Shown piece after piece: positions 9,141-18,713 of a stretch of 64,000 bases of DNA. The position numbers were made by a program, and so were the translations under genes. The stretch lies in contig JAOZFN010000012.1 in NCBI GenBank assembly GCA_027492205.1, positions 1 to 64,000 on the forward strand, written 5' to 3'. The stretch comes from Thermoproteota archaeon. Lineage in GTDB: Archaea > Korarchaeota > Korarchaeia > Korarchaeales > Korarchaeaceae. Numbering within the stretch: the first letter of the stretch is position 1; each line of letters opens with the position of its first letter. The notes under the pieces are model-generated. The model had not been told where the DNA came from and made no database searches. It saw only the letters and a program-made list of their open reading frames with translations.

Positions 9141-12100
9141 ATGATCCCGGCCGTATTCCGGCGCCTCTGCCCAGACTGCGACGAGGATCTAGTGACCCAC
9201 GGGGATGCATGCGTCAGCTGTCTGCCTCGCTCGAGGGTCTGGAAGGTCAGGGGGCTTCTGAAGCGGTACGAGGGGTTCTTCAGGGCCTGCGTTGGCTCTG
9301 AGCCCTGGTCGGTCCAGAGGACTTGGGCGAAGAGGGTGCTCCTGAGGGAGAGCTTTGCCATGCTCGCGCCGACGGGCGTGGGCAAGACGGCATTCGGCAT
9401 GGTGACGTCCCTCTTCCACTGCGCCCAGGGGTGGGGCCGGTCGTACATCATCCTGCCCACGGTCCTGCTGGTCCAGCAGGTTAGGGGGGACCTCGAGGTC
9501 TACGCGGCCAGGGCGCGGGAGGCAGGCCTCCTGGATGCGGAGCCGAGGATCGTCGCGTACTGGGGCGGGATGAAGAAGGCGGAGAGGGAGGAGGCCCTGC
9601 GCGCGATAGAGTCGGGGGAGTTCGACGTACTGATCACCACCTCACAGTTCCTCTCGAGGAACCTGGACCTGCTGCTGGGCAAGGAGTACGCGTTCATCTT
9701 CGTGGACGACGTGGACTCGCTCCTGAGGAACTCCAGGAACATCGATCGCGTGCTCGTGCTGGTCGGGTTCACGCAGGAGGAGATCGCCAAGGCGCTCGGG
9801 GATCCGACCTACAGGCCGGAGAGAGACCCCGGGGGCATACTGGTCCTCTCGACTGCCACCGGCCGTCCGGGACCCAGGGCCATCCTGTTCAGGAGGCTCC
9901 TCGGTTTCGACATAGGCGCCCTCAGGGGCACGACCCTCAGGAACGTGGAGGACGTTGTGGCTCGGGGTGGCCTGGAGAGGGTCCGAGAGATACTGGAGAG
10001 GATGGGCGGAGGCGCCATACTCCTGCTGGCGGACATGGCCCTCGCCGACAGGGTGAGGGAGGCGGCCGAGTCGGTCGGCCTCAGGGCGGAGGTGGTGTCC
10101 GGCTCGGAGGAGGGGGCGATCAGGGCGTTCGCAGAAGGCGAGCTGGACGTTCTCATAGGGGCGGCGAAGCCCTACGGCGTGCTGGTCAGGGGGATAGACC
10201 TCCCGGAGCGGATAAGGTACGCAACGTTCGTGGGAACGCCCAGGTTCACGGCGACCCTCGCGGACGTGGCCGAGCTGAGTGATAGGGCCCTCGCCACATT
10301 CCTCGGGATCCTGTCGCCCGTTCTGGGCGCCAGGGCGGTTGCGCTCTCCAGGAGGCTCAGGCTAGGCAGGGCGGCCGAGGGGGAGGTTCAAGAGGCCCGC
10401 TCGCTGGTCGAGAGGGTGTTCAGAGAGCCGGAGCTCCTCGAGAGAGTCTCCAAGATGTCCACGGTCGTGGTGGAAGAGGTCGGGGGGGCGGTGAGGCTCT
10501 CCATACCGGACGTGAGGACCTACATCCAGGGGTCGGGCAGGACCTCGAGGCTCTACCCCGGCGGGCTCACCAGGGGCGCGGCGTTCCTCGTGGACGAAGG
10601 CCCCATACTGGACGCGTTCGTCAGGAGGGCCAGCGCCTACGAACTCGAGTTCAAGCCCATCGAGGAGGTTGACCTGGAGGCACTGAAGGCCGAGATCGAT
10701 AGGGACAGGGAGATGGTGCGTGAGGCCGAGAGGAGGGCCGCCAGGGCCGCGGAGCTCCTCAAGATATCGCTCTTCGTGGTCGAGAGCCCCAACAAGGCCA
10801 GGACGATCGCCAGGTTCTTCGGAACCCCCACCCGTAGAATGGTGGACGGCATCCCCGTCTACGAGGTCTGCGCCGGAGACGTGCTGCTAACTGTTGCGGC
10901 CAGCGGCGGGCACGTGGTGGATCTCACCACCCAGGGCGGGTACCACGGCGTGCTGGTGGAGGGCGGCCTCTTCGTCCCGGTCTTCACAACCAGGAAGAGG
11001 TGCAGGTCGTGCGGGTACCAGTTCACCGACTTCGACAGGTGCCCGATCTGCGGCTCTGAGGACTTGTTCGACTCCGCCTCGACGATCGAGGTGCTGAGGC
11101 GACTGGCCTTCGAGGCCGGGAGGGTGATCATCGCCACCGACCCCGACACCGAGGGCGAGAAGATCGCGTGGGACCTGCAGCAGCTCCTCTCGACGCACGC
11201 CGAGTCCATCGTCAGGGCCGAGTTCCACGAGGTGACCAAGAGGGCGATCTCGGAGGCCCTGAGGGAACTCCACTCCGTGAGCGAGCCCAGGGTGAGGGCG
11301 CAGATAGTGAGGAGGGTGGAGGACAGGTGGATCGGGTTCGAGCTGAGCCAGGAGCTCCAGAGGGTGTTCAAGGACAGAAATCTGTCGGCCGGGAGGGCCC
11401 AGACGCCGACGCTAGGCTGGATAATCGAGAGGTACAGGGAGCACAGGAGGAGGAAGGACGTCACGCTTGTCGTCGCGGGAGACCTGCTCCGCCTCAGGGT
11501 GGAGGGCAAAGTGGGGGAGCCGGGGCCGACCAAGGTGAGGGTTACCCTCCTCAGGGAGGAGGAGTCCGAGGTCCCTCCCCCGCCGCCGTTCACCACGGAC
11601 GAGATGCTCAGGGAGGCGAGCAGGGTCCTGAAGCTCGGGGCGAAGGAGACCATGGCTCTGGCCCAGGATCTCTTCGAGGCGGGCCTCATCACCTATCACA
11701 GGACGGACAGCACCAGGGTGTCGGACGCTGGCCTCAGGGTGGCCAGGGAGTACCTCGGAGTGGAGTTCAGCCCGAGGAGGTGGGGCGAGGGCGGGGCCCA
11801 CGAGTGCATCAGGCCGACCAAGCCGCTGCCGGTGGAAGAACTCGTCCAGTACCTGAGGGAGGGCCTGATCCCGTCGGAGGGCATGACGAGGAACCACCTC
11901 AGGCTCTACAGGCTCATCTTCGGGAGGTTCATGGCCTCTCAGTCGAGGCCGGCCCGCGTCAGGAGGGCGGCATATAGAGTGGAGGTGGGCGGCGCCTCTG
12001 TCGACCTGGAGCGCGTGGTAGGGGTGATCGAGCCCGGCTGGACGAGGCACCACCCCTTCGCCATGAGGGTGGAGCCGCCCCTCGAGGAGGGGCACATCGA

Positions 12101-12476
12101 GGCGGAGATCAGGCACCTGAAGGTTCCTGGCGTCCCCCTGTACACCCAGGGAGACGTCATCAGGCTGATGAAGGAGAGGGGGATCGGGAGGCCCTCCACC
12201 TACGCCACGATCGTGGACAGGCTCCTCACCAGGAGGTACGTCGTCGACAGGAGGGGGAGGCTCGTACCCACCAAGCGGGGGATCGCGGTCTACGAGTACC
12301 TGGTAGAGAGGTACACCGACCTGGTCAGCGAGGAGAGGACTGCCGACCTGGAGAGGAGGATGGAGGCAGTCGAGTCGGGTCAGCTCGACTACCAAGATGT
12401 GCTGGCTGAGGTGTACCGAGAGATCAAGACAAAGGTGGGAGGGGGGACCGGTCAGGCACCCTCCTCCAGCGTGTAG
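9141..12476 (+). CDS. rgy: Reverse gyrase
   Basis: N-terminal Zn finger CPDC..CVSC, APTGVGKT, DDVD, YIQGSGRTSR, Toprim VESPNKA and ATDPDTEGEKIA, second Zn finger, active-site GLITYHRTDS, GIGRPSTY. Confidence 0.98.
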   Translation: MIPAVFRRLCPDCDEDLVTHGDACVSCLPRSRVWKVRGLLKRYEGFFRACVGSEPWSVQRTWAKRVLLRESFAMLAPTGVGKTAFGMVTSLFHCAQGWGRSYIILPTVLLVQQVRGDLEVYAARAREAGLLDAEPRIVAYWGGMKKAEREEALRAIESGEFDVLITTSQFLSRNLDLLLGKEYAFIFVDDVDSLLRNSRNIDRVLVLVGFTQEEIAKALGDPTYRPERDPGGILVLSTATGRPGPRAILFRRLLGFDIGALRGTTLRNVEDVVARGGLERVREILERMGGGAILLLADMALADRVREAAESVGLRAEVVSGSEEGAIRAFAEGELDVLIGAAKPYGVLVRGIDLPERIRYATFVGTPRFTATLADVAELSDRALATFLGILSPVLGARAVALSRRLRLGRAAEGEVQEARSLVERVFREPELLERVSKMSTVVVEEVGGAVRLSIPDVRTYIQGSGRTSRLYPGGLTRGAAFLVDEGPILDAFVRRASAYELEFKPIEEVDLEALKAEIDRDREMVREAERRAARAAELLKISLFVVESPNKARTIARFFGTPTRRMVDGIPVYEVCAGDVLLTVAASGGHVVDLTTQGGYHGVLVEGGLFVPVFTTRKRCRSCGYQFTDFDRCPICGSEDLFDSASTIEVLRRLAFEAGRVIIATDPDTEGEKIAWDLQQLLSTHAESIVRAEFHEVTKRAISEALRELHSVSEPRVRAQIVRRVEDRWIGFELSQELQRVFKDRNLSAGRAQTPTLGWIIERYREHRRRKDVTLVVAGDLLRLRVEGKVGEPGPTKVRVTLLREEESEVPPPPPFTTDEMLREASRVLKLGAKETMALAQDLFEAGLITYHRTDSTRVSDAGLRVAREYLGVEFSPRRWGEGGAHECIRPTKPLPVEELVQYLREGLIPSEGMTRNHLRLYRLIFGRFMASQSRPARVRRAAYRVEVGGASVDLERVVGVIEPGWTRHHPFAMRVEPPLEEGHIEAEIRHLKVPGVPLYTQGDVIRLMKERGIGRPSTYATIVDRLLTRRYVVDRRGRLVPTKRGIAVYEYLVERYTDLVSEERTADLERRMEAVESGQLDYQDVLAEVYREIKTKVGGGTGQAPSSSV

Positions 12477-15352
12477 AGCTCGTCCCCCCTGAGCTCCAGC
12501 CTCATCTCAGGGTGCAGCTTGACGAACCTGGCCAGAGCCGCCATCCTCAGCTCGGAGGGTATCATGGTCAGCATGGACGCGGGCGCGCGGCCCCAGACCC
12601 TCAGCATCGTCGCGATCCTCTTCTCGACGTTGGGCCACACGTCGCCCATCAGTATCTCCCTGAACTGGCGCACCGTCTCCTCGAGGGCCTTGACGGATTC
12701 CCCGACCTCCCTTACTATCTTCTGGGACTCCTCGAGATCCCCTATGTCCATCAAAACCTCGGCCCTCGCCAGCTTCCTCTCAACGACGGCGGCCCTCTCG
12801 TCCACCCCGACCAAGCCCTCGCCCTCCAGCTCCTTGGCCTCAGCAACGATCTTCTGCAGACTCTCCTTGAGCATGCCTATTGTGGAGGCGAGCTCCTCGG
12901 CTCTCACGGCTGGCGCGGCCGGTCTGACTTCCCCCTCCGGAGGCGCCCTCGGCCTCTCCTCTGCGCGGACCTCCCGCTCCGGCCTGGCTGTCACCGCCTC
13001 CCTCTCTGGCGCGGCCCTGGGCGGGGCGGCCTCAGGCGCCTCCCTCACCTCGGGAGCTGGAGCGGGGGTCAGCGCCCCCCTCGGCGGGACCTCCTCCTCG
13101 AAGATCCTGCGCGGGGAGGCCCCGCGCAGCTCGACCCTCGGCCTGGGTGACGGCGGTACCCTCCTCAGCTCGGGCGACGGGCGCGGCCTCCTCTTGAAGA
13201 TCATGACCCCTAACGCGCCGGCCACCACGGCCGCGAGTAAGAAGGGCAGGTAGTCCAACATCGGCTCTGGGATCCTCGAGAGGAGACCGGCGCCCGGCCC
13301 CGTGGTGGGGGGCGTGGTCGTGCCCGCCTGGGGGGCGACCACGGTGATCGCCCCAGGGAGCGTTATGGAGTCCACCAACGTGCTTCCCACCGAGACCGTC
13401 ACCGTTACGTCCTTGGTCCCCGTGCCTGTGACCCTCCCGGCAACGGAGACCTGCCTCTCCTCACCCGCGGCCAGGGGACCGACCTGCGTCGCCTCGCCGA
13501 CCACTCCCTGCCCGCCCACGCTCACGGTGAAGGTCGCCCCGTCCTCGTACCTGTTGACGAGAGTCAGCTTGACGGTGAACTTCCCCCCCTCCCTAACCCT
13601 CTGGGGGGAGACCTCGGGCGCCCCCTCGATGGCCGCCCCTCTCTCGACCTTCAGCGAGAACTCCTCCTCGTGCACGACCTCAGACTCGATCACCAAAGCC
13701 GCCTTGCACGGGAGATCTCCCGACCTCTTCGGGAGGAGTTCTACCTCGAACGTCCTCGACGCCCCGACGGCTATGTACCCCTCCTCGGACCTCACCTTAT
13801 CCAGCCCCTCGCAGTCGACGGATACGTACGCGAGCCCCTCCCTCCAGCCGTTGGTCACGGCTATCGAGATCTCCGCGAGCTCTCCGACCACGAGCGACGG
13901 CGGGGCGCCTACGGTCATTCCCGGCTGGGCCGGCGGCTGGGGCGGGGCCTCCTCGGCCAGCTCAACGGTTACCGGTGGACTCTGGAGGCCCATCCCCGAG
14001 AGCTGGAACTCTACCTCTCTGGAGGATCCGACCTCGAAGGAGGCGGTTCGGAGGAAGCAGCCCGCGCCGTACACGAAGATAGTGTCCGAGAAGAGTTCCC
14101 TACCGAGGTCGTCCCTCGCGACTAGCCTCAAGTCCCCCTCCCCCCCGGGGAAGGCGCAAACCAGAAGGTCGGCGGTGAGCTCGCCGTCCCTCATCTGATA
14201 ATCCCTAACCTGCACCGAGTAGAGCGGGACGCTGAGCGCGACGAGCCTGCCGTCGGAGAGGTAGAACATGGCCACCTGGGAGATCGGGTCGAATCCGACT
14301 CCGGAGACGAACCTGGCCCCCACCGGGTACTCGAACGCCACGTCGACGGGCGAAGGGACGGCCGGCACGCCGAGCAGGATTCCCTGGACAGTCCACATGA
14401 GCATCAGGTAGTTCGACATCTCCGGCTGGGCCATGGGGTTCTGCTCGAGGTAGATTACGTCGAGCCTCCTGAAGCTCCTCATCCCCACCGGGTAGATCCT
14501 CGCGCGCCTGGTCACGACGTAGAGTATGTCGGGGCCGGCCTTGATCTCGCCCGGGGCCGGGTCGGGCGTGGGGAGCTTCAGACTCCTCACAGCCCTGCCA
14601 GTGGCGAAATCCAGCTCGTAGAGGATACCTGCATCTGTGACGGCGAACACCGACGACCCAGCTATCGCCGCGGACCTCACCGGGGAGCCGAACGTAGCAT
14701 TCCACAGCACCACCCCGGAGACGGGGTCCACTGCCGCGACCCCGGAGCCGTGACCCGCCACCACACTCCCTCCCCCGCCGAGGATCAGCGTGACCCGCCG
14801 GGGGAGCTCGATCCGCCACTTGATCTTGCCAGTGGACCCATCGAGGCCGATGAGCCCATTTCCAGAGGAGAAGACAACAGCGCCGGAGGCGTAGGCCGGC
14901 CGAATCGAGACGTCGACCCCCTCTACCTCGATGCCCTTGGAGTCGAAGACGACCGTGCCGTCCAGGAGCTTGAGGCCGTACACCCTCCCCCACTCGGTGA
15001 GGACGTACACAGACCCTCCGCCAACAACGATCTGTGCCGGCGTGGACTCCACCCTGAACGTCCAGCTCGCGGAGAAAGTGGACGGGTTGACGAGGGACAC
15101 GGATCCCAAGTCCGGGTAGACGCATACGAATCCGACGCTGGTCGCCACCGGGGAAGGTAGCCTCATCCCGGCCGGAATGTAGCCGGACACCGTGTGGTTC
15201 CACACAATCCTGACGGGGCCGCTCTGTGGGGCAGACTGCTCAGCGGGCTGCGTGGCCCGGATCGTGTGGGCCGAGACCGTCAGCAGAACCACCAGACTCA
15301 TTGAGAGGAGCTGGCGGGAGGGCGCGTGCGGGTGAGGCCTCATCATTCTCAC
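12452..15352 (-). CDS. Surface protein: signal peptide, PQQ-like beta-propeller, Ig-like/CARDB domains, TM helix, long cytoplasmic tail (start uncertain)
   Basis: Repeats GRVYGLKLLDGTVVF, LIGLDGSTGKIKWR, AAVDPVSGVVLWN, LYELDFATGRAV; TM LPFLLAAVVAGALGVMIF followed by KRRPR; Pro/Glu-rich linker and coiled coil. Confidence 0.75.
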   Translation of the reverse strand: MRMMRPHPHAPSRQLLSMSLVVLLTVSAHTIRATQPAEQSAPQSGPVRIVWNHTVSGYIPAGMRLPSPVATSVGFVCVYPDLGSVSLVNPSTFSASWTFRVESTPAQIVVGGGSVYVLTEWGRVYGLKLLDGTVVFDSKGIEVEGVDVSIRPAYASGAVVFSSGNGLIGLDGSTGKIKWRIELPRRVTLILGGGGSVVAGHGSGVAAVDPVSGVVLWNATFGSPVRSAAIAGSSVFAVTDAGILYELDFATGRAVRSLKLPTPDPAPGEIKAGPDILYVVTRRARIYPVGMRSFRRLDVIYLEQNPMAQPEMSNYLMLMWTVQGILLGVPAVPSPVDVAFEYPVGARFVSGVGFDPISQVAMFYLSDGRLVALSVPLYSVQVRDYQMRDGELTADLLVCAFPGGEGDLRLVARDDLGRELFSDTIFVYGAGCFLRTASFEVGSSREVEFQLSGMGLQSPPVTVELAEEAPPQPPAQPGMTVGAPPSLVVGELAEISIAVTNGWREGLAYVSVDCEGLDKVRSEEGYIAVGASRTFEVELLPKRSGDLPCKAALVIESEVVHEEEFSLKVERGAAIEGAPEVSPQRVREGGKFTVKLTLVNRYEDGATFTVSVGGQGVVGEATQVGPLAAGEERQVSVAGRVTGTGTKDVTVTVSVGSTLVDSITLPGAITVVAPQAGTTTPPTTGPGAGLLSRIPEPMLDYLPFLLAAVVAGALGVMIFKRRPRPSPELRRVPPSPRPRVELRGASPRRIFEEEVPPRGALTPAPAPEVREAPEAAPPRAAPEREAVTARPEREVRAEERPRAPPEGEVRPAAPAVRAEELASTIGMLKESLQKIVAEAKELEGEGLVGVDERAAVVERKLARAEVLMDIGDLEESQKIVREVGESVKALEETVRQFREILMGDVWPNVEKRIATMLRVWGRAPASMLTMIPSELRMAALARFVKLHPEMRLELRGDELYTLEEGA

Positions 15353-15431
15353 CGAATAGCAGGATCACTCGGTCAGCGCACCATGACCCTCCTGAACCCA
15401 TTTTAACTTGCCTACGCCAGAAATCGAGGGC

Positions 15432-16277
15432 ATGGACAACGAGGACTACCTCGACGAGTTCGTGACTTGGATGGAGGTCAAGGGCTACAGGCCGGGCACG
15501 ATCCGTCAGTACGCATACGACGTGAGGCGATTCCTGAGGTGGATCGACAAGGACGCCGCCGACGCGACGCCCGACGACATCTGGAGTTACCTGACCCACC
15601 TCAGGAGGAAGAGGGGGCTGGCCGACAGGACCCTCCTGAGACGGATCGCATCTCTGAGGACGTTCTACAGGTTCATGGAACAGAGGCGCTTCGTCGAGCA
15701 GAACCCCGTCGAGGTGGAGAGGCCCCGCGTCAGGCGGGCCCTGCCCTCGGTCCTCACCCGAGAAGAGGTGGAGAGGCTCATAGAGGCCGCGGGGGACGAC
15801 CGGTCCCGCCTGATCCTCAGGACACTCTACGTGACCGGAATGAGGGTGGGCGAGCTCTGCGAGCTCACGTGGGATCGGGTTAACCTGGACGACGGCGTCA
15901 TCCTCGTCAGGGGCGGGAAGGGCGGGAAGGATCGCGTGGTCCTGATAGACCCGCAGACGGCCGGAGAGCTCAGGGCGCTGAAGGAGAGCGTGGGGGACTC
16001 GAACGGGAGGATCTTCGGAGTCAGCCCGAGGACGGTCCAGAGGATCGTGAAGGCCGCGGCGGAGAGGGCGGGCATTCAGAAGAGGGTCACGCCCCACACC
16101 CTGAGGCACTCCCTCGCGACCCACCTGCTGGAGGCCGGGGCCGACATAAGGGCGATCCAAGAATTGCTGGGGCACGCCAGCCTGAGCACGACGCAGATCT
16201 ACACGCACGTCAGCACCAGGCACCTCAAGAGGGAGTACGAGAAGCTCTTCAGGACGCGCGTGCGGTCGGGAGCGTAA
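15432..16277 (+). CDS. xerA: Tyrosine recombinase XerA (chromosome dimer resolution)
   Basis: TGMRVGE, GKGGKDR, TPHTLRHSLATHLL, IQELLGHASLSTTQIYTHV. Confidence 0.9.
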   Translation: MDNEDYLDEFVTWMEVKGYRPGTIRQYAYDVRRFLRWIDKDAADATPDDIWSYLTHLRRKRGLADRTLLRRIASLRTFYRFMEQRRFVEQNPVEVERPRVRRALPSVLTREEVERLIEAAGDDRSRLILRTLYVTGMRVGELCELTWDRVNLDDGVILVRGGKGGKDRVVLIDPQTAGELRALKESVGDSNGRIFGVSPRTVQRIVKAAAERAGIQKRVTPHTLRHSLATHLLEAGADIRAIQELLGHASLSTTQIYTHVSTRHLKREYEKLFRTRVRSGA

Positions 16278-16320
16278 AAACCTTTAATTCTACGGTCAGA
16301 GGCCCGTCCCGGGGTCCCAT

Positions 16321-17505
16321 TTGGCTGACCTGGTCATAGTGGGAGCCGGGCTCGGCGGGCTGGCCGCAGCATGGGACGCGGCCAGGTTCCTGCCCGACTA
16401 CAAGATCAAGGTGATCGGAGACGAGCCCCCCTACGTGAGGCACAAGCTCAGGGTCGCGGTGGCCGGCAGGGACATCATGGTGCCGACGAAGCACGTCGAG
16501 AACCTGGGCGTCGAGTTCATCTGGGACGAGGTCGAGCGAATAAGGCGAGAGCAGAAGGAGGTCGTGCTGAAGAGCGGCCAGACGCTGAGGTACGACTACC
16601 TCATCCTCGCCACGGGGTCTCAGCCCAGCAGGCCCAGAAAGATAGAGGGAATAGAGAAGGCCATGGGGTTCAGGAGGCTCGAGGACGCTAGGAGGATCCG
16701 GGAGGAGAAGCCCAGCACCGTCGCGATAATCGGGGCCAGCTTCGTCGCCCTCCACGTGGCCGACTCCGCCCTGGCCGTCGGGGCCGAGCCCATCATCATC
16801 GTCAGGTCGAGGCTCGTCAGGAAGTCGCTCGAGCCAGAGCTGTCTCAGATCCTCGAGGAGAGGCTGAGGCAGATAGGGGTCAGGTTCGTCCACGCCACTC
16901 CCAAGAGGGTTAAAGACGGCGCCGTCGAGGCGGACGGCCGAGAGGTGAAGGCCGACCTCATAGTCGCCGCGGCGGGCGTCGACCCGGACGTCAGGCTGGC
17001 GAGGGAGGCGGGGCTCGAGCTCATCTGGGACTGGGCGGTCAAGGTCGACGAGCAGGGTCGAACGTCGGACCCGAGCATATTCGCCATCGGCGACGTGGCC
17101 AACTGCCACTGCCCCGTCACGAACAAGCCCGATTATCTGGGCATAGGGACCGCCGCCACCCTGATGGCCTTCAACGCCATCAAGGCCATCCAAGGCAGCA
17201 AGGCCGCCGTCAAGACCCCCGCGTACATCAAGGACGCCTTCATGGGCGGCAACTTCGTGTTCAGGGCCGGGCTGGTGAGCACCGAGGCTGAGAAGGCCGG
17301 CTTCAACGTGGAGAGGGTGGACGTCAGCGGGACCGAGTTCGGGGACCACGCGTACGTCGTCTACGAAAGAGACACCAGGCGGGTGATAGGCTTCAGCTCG
17401 GTGTCCAGCAGGGACATAGGGCCCAGGGCCGTGGAGATGGAGAAGGCCATCGTCATCAAGCGCAAGATCGACCAGGTGCTCCCCGAGGGAGTGGGAGGTG
17501 GTTGA
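16321..17505 (+). CDS. FAD-dependent pyridine nucleotide-disulfide oxidoreductase family protein
   Basis: IVGAGLGG, YDYLILATGS, TSDPSIFAIGD. Confidence 0.85.
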   Translation: MADLVIVGAGLGGLAAAWDAARFLPDYKIKVIGDEPPYVRHKLRVAVAGRDIMVPTKHVENLGVEFIWDEVERIRREQKEVVLKSGQTLRYDYLILATGSQPSRPRKIEGIEKAMGFRRLEDARRIREEKPSTVAIIGASFVALHVADSALAVGAEPIIIVRSRLVRKSLEPELSQILEERLRQIGVRFVHATPKRVKDGAVEADGREVKADLIVAAAGVDPDVRLAREAGLELIWDWAVKVDEQGRTSDPSIFAIGDVANCHCPVTNKPDYLGIGTAATLMAFNAIKAIQGSKAAVKTPAYIKDAFMGGNFVFRAGLVSTEAEKAGFNVERVDVSGTEFGDHAYVVYERDTRRVIGFSSVSSRDIGPRAVEMEKAIVIKRKIDQVLPEGVGGG

Positions 17506-17743
17506 CGTGCCCGCGATCAGGGAGATGGTCCACGAGGTCAGGGTTCAGATCGACCTGGACAGGTGCATAGGCTGCGGACTCTGCACCCAGGTCTGCCCGG
17601 TGGACAACTTCGAGATCAGGGAGGTGGACGGGGCCAAGAAGGCCTTCGCCACGGAGGGCGCCAACGAGCGCTGCTTCTGCTGCAAGGCCTGCGAGGTCAT
17701 CTGCCCGACCCAAGCCGTCGTGATCTTCGAGGGGCTCAGGTGA
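17498..17743 (+). CDS. 2[4Fe-4S] ferredoxin
   Basis: CIGCGLCTQVCP and CFCCKACEVICP; overlaps the upstream stop, preceded by GGAGG. Confidence 0.9.
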   Translation: MVDVPAIREMVHEVRVQIDLDRCIGCGLCTQVCPVDNFEIREVDGAKKAFATEGANERCFCCKACEVICPTQAVVIFEGLR

Positions 17744-18698
17744 GGAGCCCCTTCGGCCTCTCTTTCTTCACGCCCCCCTCGACCCAGCCGTCGCCGCCGG
17801 CGGCCCAGAACAGGCCGTATCCGGTCTGCGCCACCCCTATCTCTCCGTCGGCGCGGACGGAGATGAAGCCGAAAGCGTAGCCCGTCGTCCTGTGTATCTC
17901 CACCAGGACCTCCTCCGCGGCCTCCTGAGGGCTCTTCCCATCCCCGATCCACTTGACCACCCTGTAGGCTCCGAGCACCAGCATCGCGGCCTCCCCTATT
18001 CCCGTTCCGGAGCAGGCGGCGGTCCTGCTGGCGTAGGTGCCCGCGCCGATTATGGCCGAGTCTCCCACCCTCCCGGGGAGCTTGAGCGTGAGCCCCCCGG
18101 TCGAAGTCGCGGCCGCGAGCCTGCCCTCGGAGTCCACCGCCACTGCCCCGACGGTGTCGGCGACGCCGTACATGGGCATCAGGTCGAGCAGGCTCCTGAG
18201 CCTCTTCGGCCCCCCTCCAGACCTGAGGGCCTCCAGCACTCTCCTCCTATACTCTGCCCTCTTTTCGTGGATCAGGTCATCGTCTCCCCCTAGCCCGAGC
18301 TTTCTGGCGAATTCCCTGGCCCCCTCCCCGACCAGGAGGATGTGGGGGGTGCGCTCCATGACCGCCCTCGCGAGTGACACGGCGTGGCGGACGCCCTTTA
18401 CTCCGCCAACGGCGCCGGCCCTCATCCGGTGGCCGTCCATTATTGAAGCGTCCACCTCGACCTCCCCGAGGAGGTTCAGGGCCGACCCGTAGCCCGCGTT
18501 GAACCTGGGGTCGTCCTCCATGAGCCTGACCGCGAGCTCGACCGCGTCCAGGGCGCTTCCACCGGCCTCCATGGCCCTGTAGGCCGACTGGGCTATCCAC
18601 CTGAGCCTGTCGACAGCCTCCTCGTCGGCCTCCGGGTCCTCAGCCCTGGGGGCGGACACGCGAACTCCGCCGTGAACCACAACGACGGGTGTGGGCAT
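17736..18698 (-). CDS. Isoaspartyl peptidase/L-asparaginase (Ntn hydrolase)
   Basis: VVHGG, FNAGYGS, DASIMDG, D-TVGAVA autocleavage site, TSTGG, GRVGDS, GTGIGE. Confidence 0.93.
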   Translation of the reverse strand: MPTPVVVVHGGVRVSAPRAEDPEADEEAVDRLRWIAQSAYRAMEAGGSALDAVELAVRLMEDDPRFNAGYGSALNLLGEVEVDASIMDGHRMRAGAVGGVKGVRHAVSLARAVMERTPHILLVGEGAREFARKLGLGGDDDLIHEKRAEYRRRVLEALRSGGGPKRLRSLLDLMPMYGVADTVGAVAVDSEGRLAAATSTGGLTLKLPGRVGDSAIIGAGTYASRTAACSGTGIGEAAMLVLGAYRVVKWIGDGKSPQEAAEEVLVEIHRTTGYAFGFISVRADGEIGVAQTGYGLFWAAGGDGWVEGGVKKERPKGLLT

Positions 18699-18713
18699 GG
18701 CTGACCGTCGAGC

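Noticed and set aside
15432-16277. Tyrosine recombinase as the integrase of a mobile element
   Set aside because: Size and motifs match housekeeping XerA; flanked by core genes; no att repeats or viral/plasmid genes seen
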